Positions 31,971 to 46,589 are shown, counted from the stretch's first letter. The stretch is DNA of 64,000 bases from an uncultured Bacteriovoracaceae bacterium (GCA_964358645.1 CAYHPW010000001.1:62264-126263), one strand, 5' to 3'. Notes: generated by a model not told the origin, from the sequence alone. Made by a program: numbers and translations.

Positions 31971-33398
31971 GTGCCAATAACAATCAAACCCTCCATTTTT
32001 CGTGAATATGATATCCGCGGAATCATAGAAAAAGAATTATCCCCCGAGCTTGCCAAATACCTCGGCATTGCTTTCGCAAAATATTTAAAATCAAAGCTGC
32101 CAATAGAACAAAAACACATGCCGACAATAGCCGTAGGAAGAGATTGTAGATTTTCTGGTGAAAGTTATGCACATGGCCTTATTGCGGGATTAACCGAACA
32201 AGGAGTAAACGTTGTAGTTTTAGGTGTTTGCCCCACGCCTCTGACATATTTCAGCCTTTTTCACCTAAATCTCGATGGTGGAATCATGATTACCGGCTCT
32301 CACAACCCACCAGAATATAATGGATATAAAATTTGCGTTGGTAAAGAAACAATACACGGGCATCAGATACAAGAACTTCGACAGATAATGGAAGCCCTTA
32401 CTAATACACAAATAAACCCTCTCCAGCCGGAAAAGCGCGGCAATACCTCCGAATACCCAATTATTAATGCATATATAGATTATCTAATAAAAAATTCATG
32501 TGCGCATAATACAAAAAAAATCGTGCTAGATGCCGGAAATGGTGTGGCTGGCTGTGTAGCTCCAGCAATGTTCCAAAGGCTTGGGGCCACGGTCATACCG
32601 CTTTATTGTGATATGGATGGTTCATTCCCAAATCACCACCCGGACCCAACGGTCCCAGCAAACCTTAAAGATCTTATTGCGACAGTTAAAAAGGAAAATG
32701 CAGATTTTGGTATCGCATTTGATGGGGATGCCGACAGGATAGGTCTGGTTGATGAAAGGGGAAATATTTTATTCGGTGACGAGCTTATGGTTATATTTTC
32801 TCGCGCAGTTTTAAAGGATAGACCTGGCGCCACTATCATTTCAGAGGTTAAATCAAGTCACCGATTATACAATGATATTTTAGCACACGGTGGAAAACCA
32901 CTGATGTGGAAAACCGGGCATTCATTGATTAAAGCAAAAATGAAAGAAACAAAAGCCGCTCTTGCTGGTGAAATGTCAGGCCATATTTTTTTCGCGGACA
33001 GGTATTTTGGGTATGACGATGCAATTTATGCAGCATTACGTTTTTACGAAATAGCAGGATCCACAACCAAACCTGCATCATCATTCCTGGAAGATTTACC
33101 AAAAACAATAGCAACACCAGAGATCCGTATAGAGTGTGAAGAGGCTAGTAAATTTGCGCTTGTTGAAGAAACAAAGCGGCATCTTTCCGGTTCAGAAGGA
33201 AAGATAAATGACATCGATGGCATTCGTATCGATTTTGGCGATGGATGGGGATTGCTCCGAGCGTCCAACACGCAGCCAGTGTTAGTATTACGTTTTGAAG
33301 CCCCCACAGAACCGAGATTAATTGATATCAAAAATAAAATGGAAACCGCACTTCAGCGTGCGGCAAAAACTCTCGGGCACGTCCCTTTGGTGTTGTGA
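31971..33398 (+). CDS. Phosphomannomutase/phosphoglucomutase (alpha-D-phosphohexomutase)
   Basis: 475 aa with active-site loop TGSHNPPEYNGYK, metal-binding DGDADR and sugar-binding GEMSGH. Confidence 0.85.
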   Translation: MPITIKPSIFREYDIRGIIEKELSPELAKYLGIAFAKYLKSKLPIEQKHMPTIAVGRDCRFSGESYAHGLIAGLTEQGVNVVVLGVCPTPLTYFSLFHLNLDGGIMITGSHNPPEYNGYKICVGKETIHGHQIQELRQIMEALTNTQINPLQPEKRGNTSEYPIINAYIDYLIKNSCAHNTKKIVLDAGNGVAGCVAPAMFQRLGATVIPLYCDMDGSFPNHHPDPTVPANLKDLIATVKKENADFGIAFDGDADRIGLVDERGNILFGDELMVIFSRAVLKDRPGATIISEVKSSHRLYNDILAHGGKPLMWKTGHSLIKAKMKETKAALAGEMSGHIFFADRYFGYDDAIYAALRFYEIAGSTTKPASSFLEDLPKTIATPEIRIECEEASKFALVEETKRHLSGSEGKINDIDGIRIDFGDGWGLLRASNTQPVLVLRFEAPTEPRLIDIKNKMETALQRAAKTLGHVPLVL

Positions 33399-35917
33399 TT
33401 TACGGAGAGATGTTAAACGAAGAAGCTATCATTATACGCGGAGCTCGCGTTCACAATCTAAAAAATATTAATGCGGTTATTCCAAGAAATCGTCTAGTTG
33501 TCATAACCGGCCCATCCGGGTCGGGAAAGTCATCCCTTGCTTTTGATACAATCTATGCCGAGGGGCAGAGGAGATATATTGAAAGCCTCTCTGTATATGC
33601 CCGCCAATTTCTCGAACAGCTTAATAAACCAGATGTTGATTTTATTTCTGGCCTAAGCCCAACGATTTCCATTGAACAAAGGACTGCTTCATATAATCCA
33701 CGCTCGACCGTTGGCACGGTAACAGAAATTTATGATTATCTTCGCCTGTTATTTTCACGTATTGCCAAACCATTTTGCTGGAGTTGCAAAAAACAAATAT
33801 ACTCTCAGTCTCCACAACAAATGGTTGATCTACTGATGACATCTCCAGATGGATCAAAAATTTCAATTTTAGCCCCCATTGTACGTACAAAAAAGGGCGA
33901 ACACCAGCGCGAATTACTCCAGCTAAGACAAAGCGGATTTGTCCGCGCGAAAGTAAATGGAGAAACTTTGGATATCTCTGACGAGATAATCCTAGATAAG
34001 AATAAGAAACATGACATCTCTGTGTATATTGATCGCTTTATTATTAAACACCCACAAATTCTCTCTGAGATGACAAGATTAAGTGAATCTGTCGAACTAG
34101 CACTAAAACTTGGTGGTGGGTTAATTATTATTGAAGCTTTATATGGAAATAAATTAACAGAAACTTTATTGTCAGAACATTTTGCTTGCCACGACTGCCA
34201 AGTCAGCTATCCACCACCAGAACCGCGGAGTTTCTCATTCAATAGTCCAATGGGCGCGTGCCCTTCGTGTAACGGCCTTGGGATAGATATTCAGCTACCA
34301 ACGCAAAATTGTTCTCTTTGTAATGGCTCCAGATTACGTAAAGAAAACCTAAGTTTTAAAATCTCAAATAAGAATATTGCCGAATTATGTTCTCTAACGA
34401 TATCTGCGCTTGGTGGCTTTTTTTCTTCGCTGCCGCTCAACGAGCGAGAAACCATGATTGCAAAACGTATCGTGCATGAAATTATATCTAGGTGCAACTT
34501 CCTTGAAGATGTCGGGGTTGGCTACTTAAGCCTTAATAGAACAGCAGAAAGCCTCTCAGGCGGAGAGTCCCAGCGAATACGTCTAGCGACACAAATCAGC
34601 AGTACTCTTGTTGGTGTTATATATGTACTTGATGAGCCAAGTATCGGGCTGCACCAAAAAGATAATAAAAAATTAATAACAAGTCTTAAACGTCTTAGAG
34701 ATTTAGGCAACTCTGTCATTGTTGTGGAACATGATCGCGAAATGATCGAAAATGCTGATTGGATACTTGATCTTGGTCCTGGCTCCGGCAATTTTGGAGG
34801 TCAAATTATGGCTGAGGGAGAATTTAAGAAAATACTCCTTTCGGAAAATAGCCTTACTGGCAAATACATGCGCCACGAACTAACTATAGACATACCCATG
34901 AAGCGTCGCTCATGGAAAAGAGGACATGTTATTTCAATCAAAGGTGCGACAAAAAATAATTTAAAAAAAATTAACGCAGACATCCCACTAGGAGTATTCA
35001 ACTGTATAACTGGTGTCTCCGGGAGCGGGAAAAGTTCCCTAATCATTGACACCTTATATATGCTGCTTCTTAAGTCAGTATACAAAACAGATATTGTGAC
35101 CGTGCCTATTTCTTCGGTCGACGGATTAAATCATGTAGACAAGGTGGTAATAATTGACCAGACTCCCATCGGGAAAACACCAAGATCTAATCCTGCCACA
35201 TATACCGGTATTTTTAGCTTAATAAGAAATCTTTTTGCTAGCCTTCCTGAATCAAGGTTGCGTGGTTACTCCTGTGGACGATTTTCTTTTAATGTAAAAG
35301 GCGGCCGTTGCGAATCATGCGAAGGGGATGGTGTTAAGAAAATAGCTATGCATTTTTTGCCAGACGTTTTTGTTCAATGTGCCATTTGTAAAGGTCATAG
35401 ATACAATCGTGAAACGTTAGATATCCACTATAAGAAAAAGACAATCTCTGATGTTCTAGAGCTTTCAGCAGATGAGGCATTTTCGTTTTTTGAGATGATC
35501 CCCGCGCTTCGAACAAAGTTAAAAACACTTTGCGAGGTCGGTCTCGGTTATGTACACCTAGGACAAAGTGCTAACACCTTATCGGGCGGAGAAATACAAA
35601 GAGTCAAACTTGCAAAAGAGCTAAGTAAGCGTGGTACGGGCAAAACCGTATATATCTTAGACGAGCCCTCTGCGGGCCTTCATTTTGACGATATTAAAAA
35701 ACTGATACAAATCCTTCAATCACTGGTGAATCAAGGAAACACAGTAATAGTAATAGAACACAACCTTGATATAATTAAAGTTGCTGATCATATAATTGAT
35801 CTTGGCCCGGGGGGTGGTGCCAACGGAGGATTTATTATAGCTACGGGAACACCAGAACAACTAGCTAAAATGCCAAAAAGCGATACTGGCACTAGTCTGG
35901 GTCCCCTTTTACAATAA
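33395..35917 (+). CDS. uvrA: Excinuclease ABC subunit A (840 aa, shorter than typical)
   Basis: Two ABC ATPase modules (GPSGSGKSS, GVSGSGKSS; LSGGESQR, LSGGEIQR). UvrB-binding-domain-like segment present (ILAPIVRTKKGEH...GFVRAKVNGE). Confidence 0.85.
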   Translation: MIYGEMLNEEAIIIRGARVHNLKNINAVIPRNRLVVITGPSGSGKSSLAFDTIYAEGQRRYIESLSVYARQFLEQLNKPDVDFISGLSPTISIEQRTASYNPRSTVGTVTEIYDYLRLLFSRIAKPFCWSCKKQIYSQSPQQMVDLLMTSPDGSKISILAPIVRTKKGEHQRELLQLRQSGFVRAKVNGETLDISDEIILDKNKKHDISVYIDRFIIKHPQILSEMTRLSESVELALKLGGGLIIIEALYGNKLTETLLSEHFACHDCQVSYPPPEPRSFSFNSPMGACPSCNGLGIDIQLPTQNCSLCNGSRLRKENLSFKISNKNIAELCSLTISALGGFFSSLPLNERETMIAKRIVHEIISRCNFLEDVGVGYLSLNRTAESLSGGESQRIRLATQISSTLVGVIYVLDEPSIGLHQKDNKKLITSLKRLRDLGNSVIVVEHDREMIENADWILDLGPGSGNFGGQIMAEGEFKKILLSENSLTGKYMRHELTIDIPMKRRSWKRGHVISIKGATKNNLKKINADIPLGVFNCITGVSGSGKSSLIIDTLYMLLLKSVYKTDIVTVPISSVDGLNHVDKVVIIDQTPIGKTPRSNPATYTGIFSLIRNLFASLPESRLRGYSCGRFSFNVKGGRCESCEGDGVKKIAMHFLPDVFVQCAICKGHRYNRETLDIHYKKKTISDVLELSADEAFSFFEMIPALRTKLKTLCEVGLGYVHLGQSANTLSGGEIQRVKLAKELSKRGTGKTVYILDEPSAGLHFDDIKKLIQILQSLVNQGNTVIVIEHNLDIIKVADHIIDLGPGGGANGGFIIATGTPEQLAKMPKSDTGTSLGPLLQ

Positions 35918-36250
35918 CTAGCGCCCCCTAACAATTATACAATATTTTGCAAAGACCCCTAAGAAGCTATTTATGTGTTCATCCACCGATGAGATCATTG
36001 TAATCCCACCGTTTCGCCTGGCGGTTTCAATGCTTGAGTCACCAACAGCAATAATTCCCGCAAAAGACTTAGAACATGCCTCACCAACGCGGTTTCCAGC
36101 TTGATTTGATGATATAGCCATCCCATAATATAAATCTGAAAATCCAAAACCAATAATTGGTGTTCTCGTCCCTGTTGCACAACTTAAAAATAACCCTATC
36201 GGGCTGCTCAAACAAACCAGCACCAATACTTTTTTTAGGAACAAAGGCAT
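35918..36250 (-). CDS. Small predicted lipoprotein (unknown function)
   Basis: 110 aa with signal peptide and lipobox (LVLVCLSSPIGLFLSCATG). Located immediately downstream of atpE. Confidence 0.4.
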   Translation of the reverse strand: MPLFLKKVLVLVCLSSPIGLFLSCATGTRTPIIGFGFSDLYYGMAISSNQAGNRVGEACSKSFAGIIAVGDSSIETARRNGGITMISSVDEHINSFLGVFAKYCIIVRGR

Positions 36251-36326
36251 ATCTTATTTACCCCTATTGTGGCTCAAGTAACCCAGGCAGAAAAAAGCCC
36301 TTACTTTTACCAGAAATTGCTAATAT

Positions 36327-36638
36327 TCAGGTCTTTATCTTTACAAAAGATATTACAAATGCGTACAGAACTAATGACTCAATAAGAGCTAGCCCTATAA
36401 TCATTGGAACAAAGATTTTTTGCTGCGCCGCTGGGTTTCTTGCGATACCCTCAAGCGCCGCAGCCGCGGTTTTCCCTTGCCCTAAAGCACCACCGAATGC
36501 CGCAAGCCCGATAGCGAGTGCCGCGCCTAATGATGCGTACTGGTCTCCTCCACTTGTGGCTTCATTAGCAAACGCAACAGATACGCCTACCGTCAAAAAA
36601 ACTACCAATAATAAAAAAATTGCTTTACGAAAACTCAT
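36327..36638 (-). CDS. atpE: F0F1 ATP synthase subunit c
   Basis: 103-aa hairpin proteolipid with GLAAFGGALGQGK loop and the conserved carboxylate helix (IIGLALIESLVLYAFVI). Confidence 0.85.
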   Translation of the reverse strand: MSFRKAIFLLLVVFLTVGVSVAFANEATSGGDQYASLGAALAIGLAAFGGALGQGKTAAAALEGIARNPAAQQKIFVPMIIGLALIESLVLYAFVISFVKIKT

Positions 36639-36661
36639 CGACTCTTACCATCCTTTCTTCT

Positions 36662-37375
36662 TTAATGATCATGTGATGTAGACAAAGAAATATAAACCAT
36701 CGTCATGAGACAAAAAACAAATGCTTGAATAAAGGCCACAAACACGCCTAGTGCATAAAATGCTACCGGCAATAAGTACGGAACCAAAGAACTAAACACA
36801 CCCAATACAACGTGATCGCCCATTATATTCCCTCTAAGACGAAGCGCTAATGAAAGCGGGCGAAAGATGTGTGACGCAAGCTCAATAATTACCATTAGCG
36901 GCGCTAACCAGACAACTGGTCCGATGAAATGCTTCAAATAAGACAAACCCTGCGTCTTAAGGCCAGCATAATTATAATAAATAAAAACAAAAGCCCCAAG
37001 CGCCAATGTTGTATTAAGATTATCTGTCGGGGGTAAAAAACCAGGGATTAGGCCGATTACATTCGAAGCCAATATAAAAATGAATAACGAACCAATTATA
37101 GGAAAATATACCGGTGCATCATAATGTCCAATTACCGATTCTGTAAGTTTGTACAAATTTTCCGCCACTATTTCGAAAAAATTTCTATAGTTCAGTCGTG
37201 GCTCTGGGATAATTCCACCCTCGGGCCTGCTAGTTACGATACGTAAATGATTGCTAGCTATTAATGTAGTTAAAATAAGCACCACAGCTACAAGCATCGC
37301 CATAACCACGTGATTCGGCAACTCCTCTAACCCTGGAATTATTGATAACCAATTAAACCCCTGCTCTTCATGCAT
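36662..37375 (-). CDS. atpB: F0F1 ATP synthase subunit a
   Basis: 237 aa with C-terminal conserved Arg helix (LSLALRLRGNIMGDHVV) and the following helix. Confidence 0.85.
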   Translation of the reverse strand: MHEEQGFNWLSIIPGLEELPNHVVMAMLVAVVLILTTLIASNHLRIVTSRPEGGIIPEPRLNYRNFFEIVAENLYKLTESVIGHYDAPVYFPIIGSLFIFILASNVIGLIPGFLPPTDNLNTTLALGAFVFIYYNYAGLKTQGLSYLKHFIGPVVWLAPLMVIIELASHIFRPLSLALRLRGNIMGDHVVLGVFSSLVPYLLPVAFYALGVFVAFIQAFVFCLMTMVYISLSTSHDH

Positions 37376-37853
37376 ATCGCATACTCTCTCGGGCCCAAAT
37401 CCATCCGCTTACAATTGGTATAATTACTAATGTACTTAAGCCTATTACCAGAACCAAACCAGGAATGACAGATGCTTTCATAAAAAATAATACAAAAAGG
37501 ATAAAAATAAATACCTTTATCAATCCCCAAAAAAACAACTTGCCGACCGTCTGCCCCCTTTTTTTTTGTTCCGTTCCCACAGCTAAAAATAATGCTGACT
37601 TCACCATTTTTGCTAAAACAAATAAATCTAGAAGAGAGAGCACCCATAGTGTCAAAAATGATTTAAGTATAAAAATGAAAGCTATTTCTTTTGAAACAAA
37701 TAAGCAACAGATTAGCATCCCAATAAAGCACCAAACCGCCGAGACTGATAAAACGATCTTGCCCCAGTTCCGTCTCGTTTCTGTATTATTTATCTTCATT
37801 GCTATCTCTTTGTGAAATTCTATAAAGCTGCCACATCGCGGCTCCAAGACCAA
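37368..37853 (-). CDS. AtpI-like ATP synthase accessory membrane protein
   Basis: 161-aa (probably shorter) 4-TM hydrophobic protein immediately upstream of atpB. Contains an A9G5 homopolymer. Confidence 0.45.
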   Translation of the reverse strand: MVLEPRCGSFIEFHKEIAMKINNTETRRNWGKIVLSVSAVWCFIGMLICCLFVSKEIAFIFILKSFLTLWVLSLLDLFVLAKMVKSALFLAVGTEQKKRGQTVGKLFFWGLIKVFIFILFVLFFMKASVIPGLVLVIGLSTLVIIPIVSGWIWARESMRYA

Positions 37854-38016
37854 GAAGTGCTGTAAACATAATTATCCACTGTGGTGCTCCGATTTTTTTC
37901 CAAACAAGATATCCAATTGCCATTCCAGCACCGGTAAATGCTAATAAATCTCCAATAATAACTGAAAATAAGGCGAGGCTTCGTATGTTATTTTTTTGCT
38001 GTTTATCTTTTTTCAT
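37786..38016 (-). CDS. AtpZ/AtpI-family small membrane protein
   Basis: 76 aa with two TM helices, in the usual position at the head of an F0 operon. Confidence 0.45.
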   Translation of the reverse strand: MKKDKQQKNNIRSLALFSVIIGDLLAFTGAGMAIGYLVWKKIGAPQWIIMFTALLGLGAAMWQLYRISQRDSNEDK

Positions 38017-38052
38017 TAAACTTCATGGGGTTAGCATGAAAAGCCACTTATA

Positions 38053-38874
38053 TCAACGACTTCGCTGAATTTTACGTTCTCGTATTCTTGCTAATTTAAT
38101 TTCTATTATTCTTGGAACTATATAATCACTACGTAATGTTTCATAAGCATGATAAGCCGCATTAAGTTGATCCATTTCTTCCAAACAATTTGCTATCCCA
38201 AATTTAGCTTCCGGTACAAACCTGCTTTTTGGATATTTTTTTAAAAATATTTCAAAAGTGTCTATTGCATCTTGGTACGATTCGCTCCCCCGGTTACCTT
38301 TCGTATAATATGAAACTCCAATTTCGTATGCTGCTCTTTCTCGCCATACAGACTCTTGATTGGTATTTACCAAGCTAGAAAAAGCAGAAATTGCTTCATT
38401 AAACTGACCTAAGTAAAAATGGCTCTTTGCTATCCTAAAAATGAACTCTTGTACATCCGGCGCTTTTGGGTTCTTTTTAATTAAAGAGGAATAATGATGA
38501 ATTGCCTGGTCATATTGTTCACTTTTTGAATAAAGGATTTCACCTATAAGTTTTTCTGCTTCCCAGGCTTGCGCGCTGTCTATAGAAATTATATTCAGAT
38601 ATTGTCTCAATTTTCTTGCTGCTTCATCATATTGAGACAAAAAAAATAATTGTGTGATGGCAGCACGAAAAAGTGCTTGTTGACCTAGCTTTCCATTTAA
38701 ATCCCCCGTTGTTACTTTTTCATATTCAACAACAGCTGCCGCATATTTCCCGTCATTCCAAAGTTTTTCCGCAAGTATATAATTTTTTCTAGCGGTGTTT
38801 ATTCCACAAGCTACTATGGTGGTAAAAAAGGTTATTATAAAAAAATTTTTGGCTGGTCTTGGTAGAATATTCAC
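38053..38874 (-). CDS. TPR-repeat lipoprotein, BamD/YfiO-like
   Basis: 273 aa with N-terminal signal and Cys (TIVACG), followed by TPR repeats. Confidence 0.45.
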   Translation of the reverse strand: MNILPRPAKNFFIITFFTTIVACGINTARKNYILAEKLWNDGKYAAAVVEYEKVTTGDLNGKLGQQALFRAAITQLFFLSQYDEAARKLRQYLNIISIDSAQAWEAEKLIGEILYSKSEQYDQAIHHYSSLIKKNPKAPDVQEFIFRIAKSHFYLGQFNEAISAFSSLVNTNQESVWRERAAYEIGVSYYTKGNRGSESYQDAIDTFEIFLKKYPKSRFVPEAKFGIANCLEEMDQLNAAYHAYETLRSDYIVPRIIEIKLARIRERKIQRSR

Positions 38875-41389
38875 TGAGTATGTGTATTATCTTGCCCGGC
38901 AGTAGCTTCTACAGGGATCCCTACAGACTCAATGGTACTTTCTGCCATATGTTCAAAAGAAACAACTTTCTCTCCTAAAGATATAGTCATAAGCCTTACA
39001 CCCTGTGTGTTTCTTCCTTGTTCAGAAATTTCTCCAACATGGATTCTGATCATTTGGCCCTTATTAGACACAAGCATGATATCATCTCTAAGCAGGACCT
39101 GCCTAGCTCCCATGACGGCCCCATTTTTTTCTATGGTCTTCATGGTTATAATTCCCTTACCGCCGCGGCTTTGGATACGATATTCATTTACTGGTGTTCT
39201 TTTCCCATAACCGCCTTCAGTTATAGTAAGAATTTCACAATCTCCTCCTTGGGTTGCTCGGTTAAGCACCTCCATTGCCGCCACTATGTCTCCAGAATCT
39301 AAAGTCATCCCAATAACACCACGCGTGGCTCTACCCATGGGCCGGACGTCTTGTTCAGAAAATCTAATACTCATACCACTACAGGAACATAAAAAAATGT
39401 CATTACCACCGTCAGTTAACTTGGCACATATAAGGGAGTCTTCTTCGTCTATAGACATTGCGACAATTCCGGAGGATCTGATATTGGAAAACTCACTCAA
39501 GGCGGTCTTCTTAATAATGCCTGATTTGGTAATCATAATCACATATTCATTCTCTCTGAACTCTTGGACCGGGAGGATGGCTCTTATCTTTTCTCCTGGA
39601 GCAAGTGATATAAGGTTCACTATGGCTTTACCTTTGGCGCTTCGACTTGCCTCTGGAATCTTATATACTTTTAACCAATAAACACGTCCCTTGTCTGTAA
39701 AACATAAAAGGTAACTTAGTGTGCTTGTCTTATAAATTGCCGTGACAAAGTCTTCTTCTCCTGGGGCTACTGCCTTTATTCCGCGGCCGCCTCGGTGCTG
39801 ACTTTTAAAAAGATTTGGGTCAGCACGTTTAACATAACCAGAGTGGGTGATGGAAACTAACGTTTCCTCATTCGATATTAAATCCTCCACATCAAATTCA
39901 GTTGTAACTCCATAAACTATTTCTGTGCGTCGTTTGTCTGAATATGTCTTCTTTATTTCTAATAATTCATTTTTAATTAAGGTATATATAAGTACATCAT
40001 TGCCAAGAAGTTTTTTTAGCTCGTCAATCAAGATTAAAACCTGCTTATGTTCATTTATTATTTTTTCCCTCTCCAGTCCTGTTAAGCGCTGTAATCGCAT
40101 ATCTAAAATTGCCTGGGCTTGTATTTCAGAAAAAAGGAACTGCTTGACCAACCCGTCCCTGGCGCTATCAGGATTTTTTGCAGACTTTATGAGATTAATA
40201 ACCGCATCTATCTTTTCAACCGCACTTGCAAGACCTTGTAGTATATGGGCGCGTGCTTCTGCTTTTTTTAAATCAAAAATACTACGTCTGGTTACAACAT
40301 CCTTTCGATGCTCAATGAATGCCCAAATCATATCGCGTAAATTAAAAATTTTAGGCTGATTATGGTGAATGGCTAACAAGTTAATGCTATAACTTTCTTG
40401 CAGTTGTGTTAGCTTAAAAAGTTGATTTAGGATGACGTTTGAGTTTTCACCTTTTCTGATTTCAATAACTATACGCATCCCTGAACGATCTGATTCATCG
40501 CGCAGATCAGAAATGCCTTCTATTTTTTTGTCCCGGACTAATTCTGCAATTCTTTCTATTAAGCGTGCTTTATTAACTTGGTAGGGGAGTTCAAAAACTA
40601 TAATTCTTTCACGATCCCCTTTGAAAGCTTCTATTTCTGTTTTTGCGCGAAGTATTACAGACCCTCTCCCGGTCATATATGCTTCCCTTACTAACTCTCC
40701 ACCAAACAAATAGGCACCCGTCGGGAAATCTGGCCCCTTGATATGCTGTAAAAGTGCATCGCTTTTAAGTGCTGGGTTGTCTATCAACGTTATTGTAGCA
40801 TCAATAACCTCTCCTAGATTGTGTGGTGGAATGCTAGTTGCCATGCCAACGGCTATTCCGGCAGATCCATTCACTAACAGATTAGGTATTTTTGCAGGTA
40901 ATAATAGGGGTTCTGTCAGGCTGTCATCATAGTTTGGGCCAAAATCAACGGTTTCTTTTTCTATATCAGAAAGGAGTTCATCTGTAATCCGTGCCATACG
41001 AATTTCCGTATAGCGCATGGCCGCTGGAGCATCGCCGTCTATGGAACCGAAGTTCCCTTGACCGTCAATCAATGGGTAGCGTAGAGAAAATTTTTGAGCC
41101 ATTCTGACTGCTGTGTCATAAACAGCCACATCCCCATGTGGATGATATTTACCAATAACATCTCCCACTACGCGTGCTGATTTTTTATAGGGCTTGTTGT
41201 GTGCATTGCTTAAATTATACATGGCGTACAAAATGCGCCTATGAACCGGTTTTAATCCATCGCGAACATCTGGAAGCGCTCTACCTACTATCACACTCAT
41301 CGCATAATCGAGATATGCGCCGCGCATTTCGTCCTCGATAGTGACTACTACAGTGTTTTTCTCATGCCCTATAATTTCAGTCATATCGC

Positions 41390-41417
<28 letters not shown>
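38871..41417 (-). CDS. gyrA: DNA gyrase subunit A
   Basis: 848 aa with active-site region AAMRYTE and C-terminal beta-pinwheel repeats. The true start is probably an internal Met (MTEIIG, about 41384), which avoids overlap with fabH. Confidence 0.9.
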
Positions 41418-44841
<3,424 letters not shown>

Positions 44842-44849
44842 TTACTTCC

Positions 44850-45480
44850 AATAAAATTCCATTTTCTGTTGAAGCAATAAACATTTGCTAGTTTGTACTA
44901 GGTAAAAAATTTCTTCTCTCACTATCTAGTTCTGCTGAAAAATCGTCTAGTAGGAAGATTGGTTACTTCCCTGAAAATGTCTATTTCACTAAGTTTCAAA
45001 GCAAGGAGTACCGAACGAATTTCTCCTTGGGATGAATAGCCTTTCAAAGATCATTTGTTAGCTAAAAATAATAACTTATCACGGTGTGGTCCAACTAACG
45101 TATGACCTATCCTTCTCTATGTTTCCTCAAAAAATGAACCCCTATTAAAAAACTCCCTTCCTATTTTTTTAAATGAAGGTATCTCATTGTGTCCAGTAAA
45201 ATGTTCCATATTTAATCCCTTCTCTTTTAGTGCTTAACTCACCATGTATGGAACATTTATTCTTTAAAATTCAGCTCAATCTCCTCTGTTTTTTTGTTTA
45301 TTATACCAGTTAGCTTGTCTTGCTAGGTTATCCTTTTTAAAACTATTTTACTTCCACTTTTAATAAGCAGTTCGGTAATTGAGTCTATTAAGTTTTAGGA
45401 AATATTTTTTTAAAAAATGGTCCTACCCCACCGGCTCAACTGCCGTGGTCTTACACCAATCTGGTAATTTTTTTATTCCA
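44850..45480 (-). pseudogene. recF: recF remnant (frameshifted/truncated) in the canonical dnaN-recF-gyrB position
   Basis: No ORF of 60 aa or longer on either strand across a 644-bp gap. Hand translation of the minus strand gives YSSQGEIRSVLLALKLSEIDIFREVTN (RecF signature region) in one frame and LLDDFSAELDSERRNFL (RecF Walker B, LLLDDVFSELD) in a second frame. Stops follow both. Confidence 0.6.
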
Positions 45481-45482
45481 AT

Positions 45483-46589
45483 TTAGATGCGCATTGGCAT
45501 TATCACATATGTGTGATTTTGTTCTGATGATCCTCTGATTAAACCAGGACTCAATCTATCTTTTAAATTAAACTCTAAACTGTCTGCTTTTGTTACTGCT
45601 AGTAATTCTAAAAAATATTTAAAATTAAATCCTATATCAAGAGATTCTCCGCTATAAGATATATCCATCTCTTCCCTTGCTTCACCCATATCTGGATTGC
45701 TTGATGATATTGTTAATACATTATTTTGAAATACAAATCTTATTCCTCTGCTTTTTTCATTTGCAAGTAAGCTTACCCTCTTTAAGGCGGAATTAAACAC
45801 TTCTGTTTCTATTTTAATAAGCTTATCCATGTTTTGTGGGATAACTAATTTGTAATCGGGATATTCGGCATCTATTAATCGAACAAATAAGTAAGAACTA
45901 TTATTTTTTATAAATATATACCCTTTTTCAAATGAAAGGCCTATCGTTGAACCACTTTCAGACAGGAATTTTCTTATCTCATACAATCCTTTTTTAGGTA
46001 TTATGATCCCTCTTTTAAGATCAGGATTTCCTGTAAAAACCTCCATGTCTACAAAAGATAACCTATGACCGTCTGTAGCGGTCATTCTCATTACATTGTT
46101 TTCAATATTTTCAAAATATACTCCATTTAGGTGATATCTGGTTGCATCTGTAGAAATTGCAAATTGAGTTTTATCTATCATGTTTACTAAAGCTTCAGAT
46201 CTGGCATCTATATATTTTTTTTCTTCAAATATTGGTAACGCCGGATAATCATCTGCTGGTAAGCTAACAATATTAAACCTTGATTTTTCACAAGTGATTT
46301 CTATCCAATTATTATCTTTTTTTATAACATGAAGAGGCTTGTTAGGTAATTCACGTGCAATTTCAAAAAAATGCTTTGCTGAAAGAGTTATTTTACCTTC
46401 TTGTTCTATTTTTGCATTAATAACTAATTTAATACCTACTTCAAGATCGGTTGCAGATAGAGAGATACTGTTTTCATTAGAGACACATAAAATATTTCCA
46501 AGAATTTGAATGGTATTCTTTTTTTCAACAACGGACTGAATTTTTTGCAATGAATTAAAAAGAGCTTCACGCTCAACTGTAAATTTCAT
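45483..46589 (-). CDS. dnaN: DNA polymerase III beta sliding clamp
   Basis: 368 aa with three-domain clamp pattern and C-terminal MPMRI. Confidence 0.9.
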   Translation of the reverse strand: MKFTVEREALFNSLQKIQSVVEKKNTIQILGNILCVSNENSISLSATDLEVGIKLVINAKIEQEGKITLSAKHFFEIARELPNKPLHVIKKDNNWIEITCEKSRFNIVSLPADDYPALPIFEEKKYIDARSEALVNMIDKTQFAISTDATRYHLNGVYFENIENNVMRMTATDGHRLSFVDMEVFTGNPDLKRGIIIPKKGLYEIRKFLSESGSTIGLSFEKGYIFIKNNSSYLFVRLIDAEYPDYKLVIPQNMDKLIKIETEVFNSALKRVSLLANEKSRGIRFVFQNNVLTISSSNPDMGEAREEMDISYSGESLDIGFNFKYFLELLAVTKADSLEFNLKDRLSPGLIRGSSEQNHTYVIMPMRI

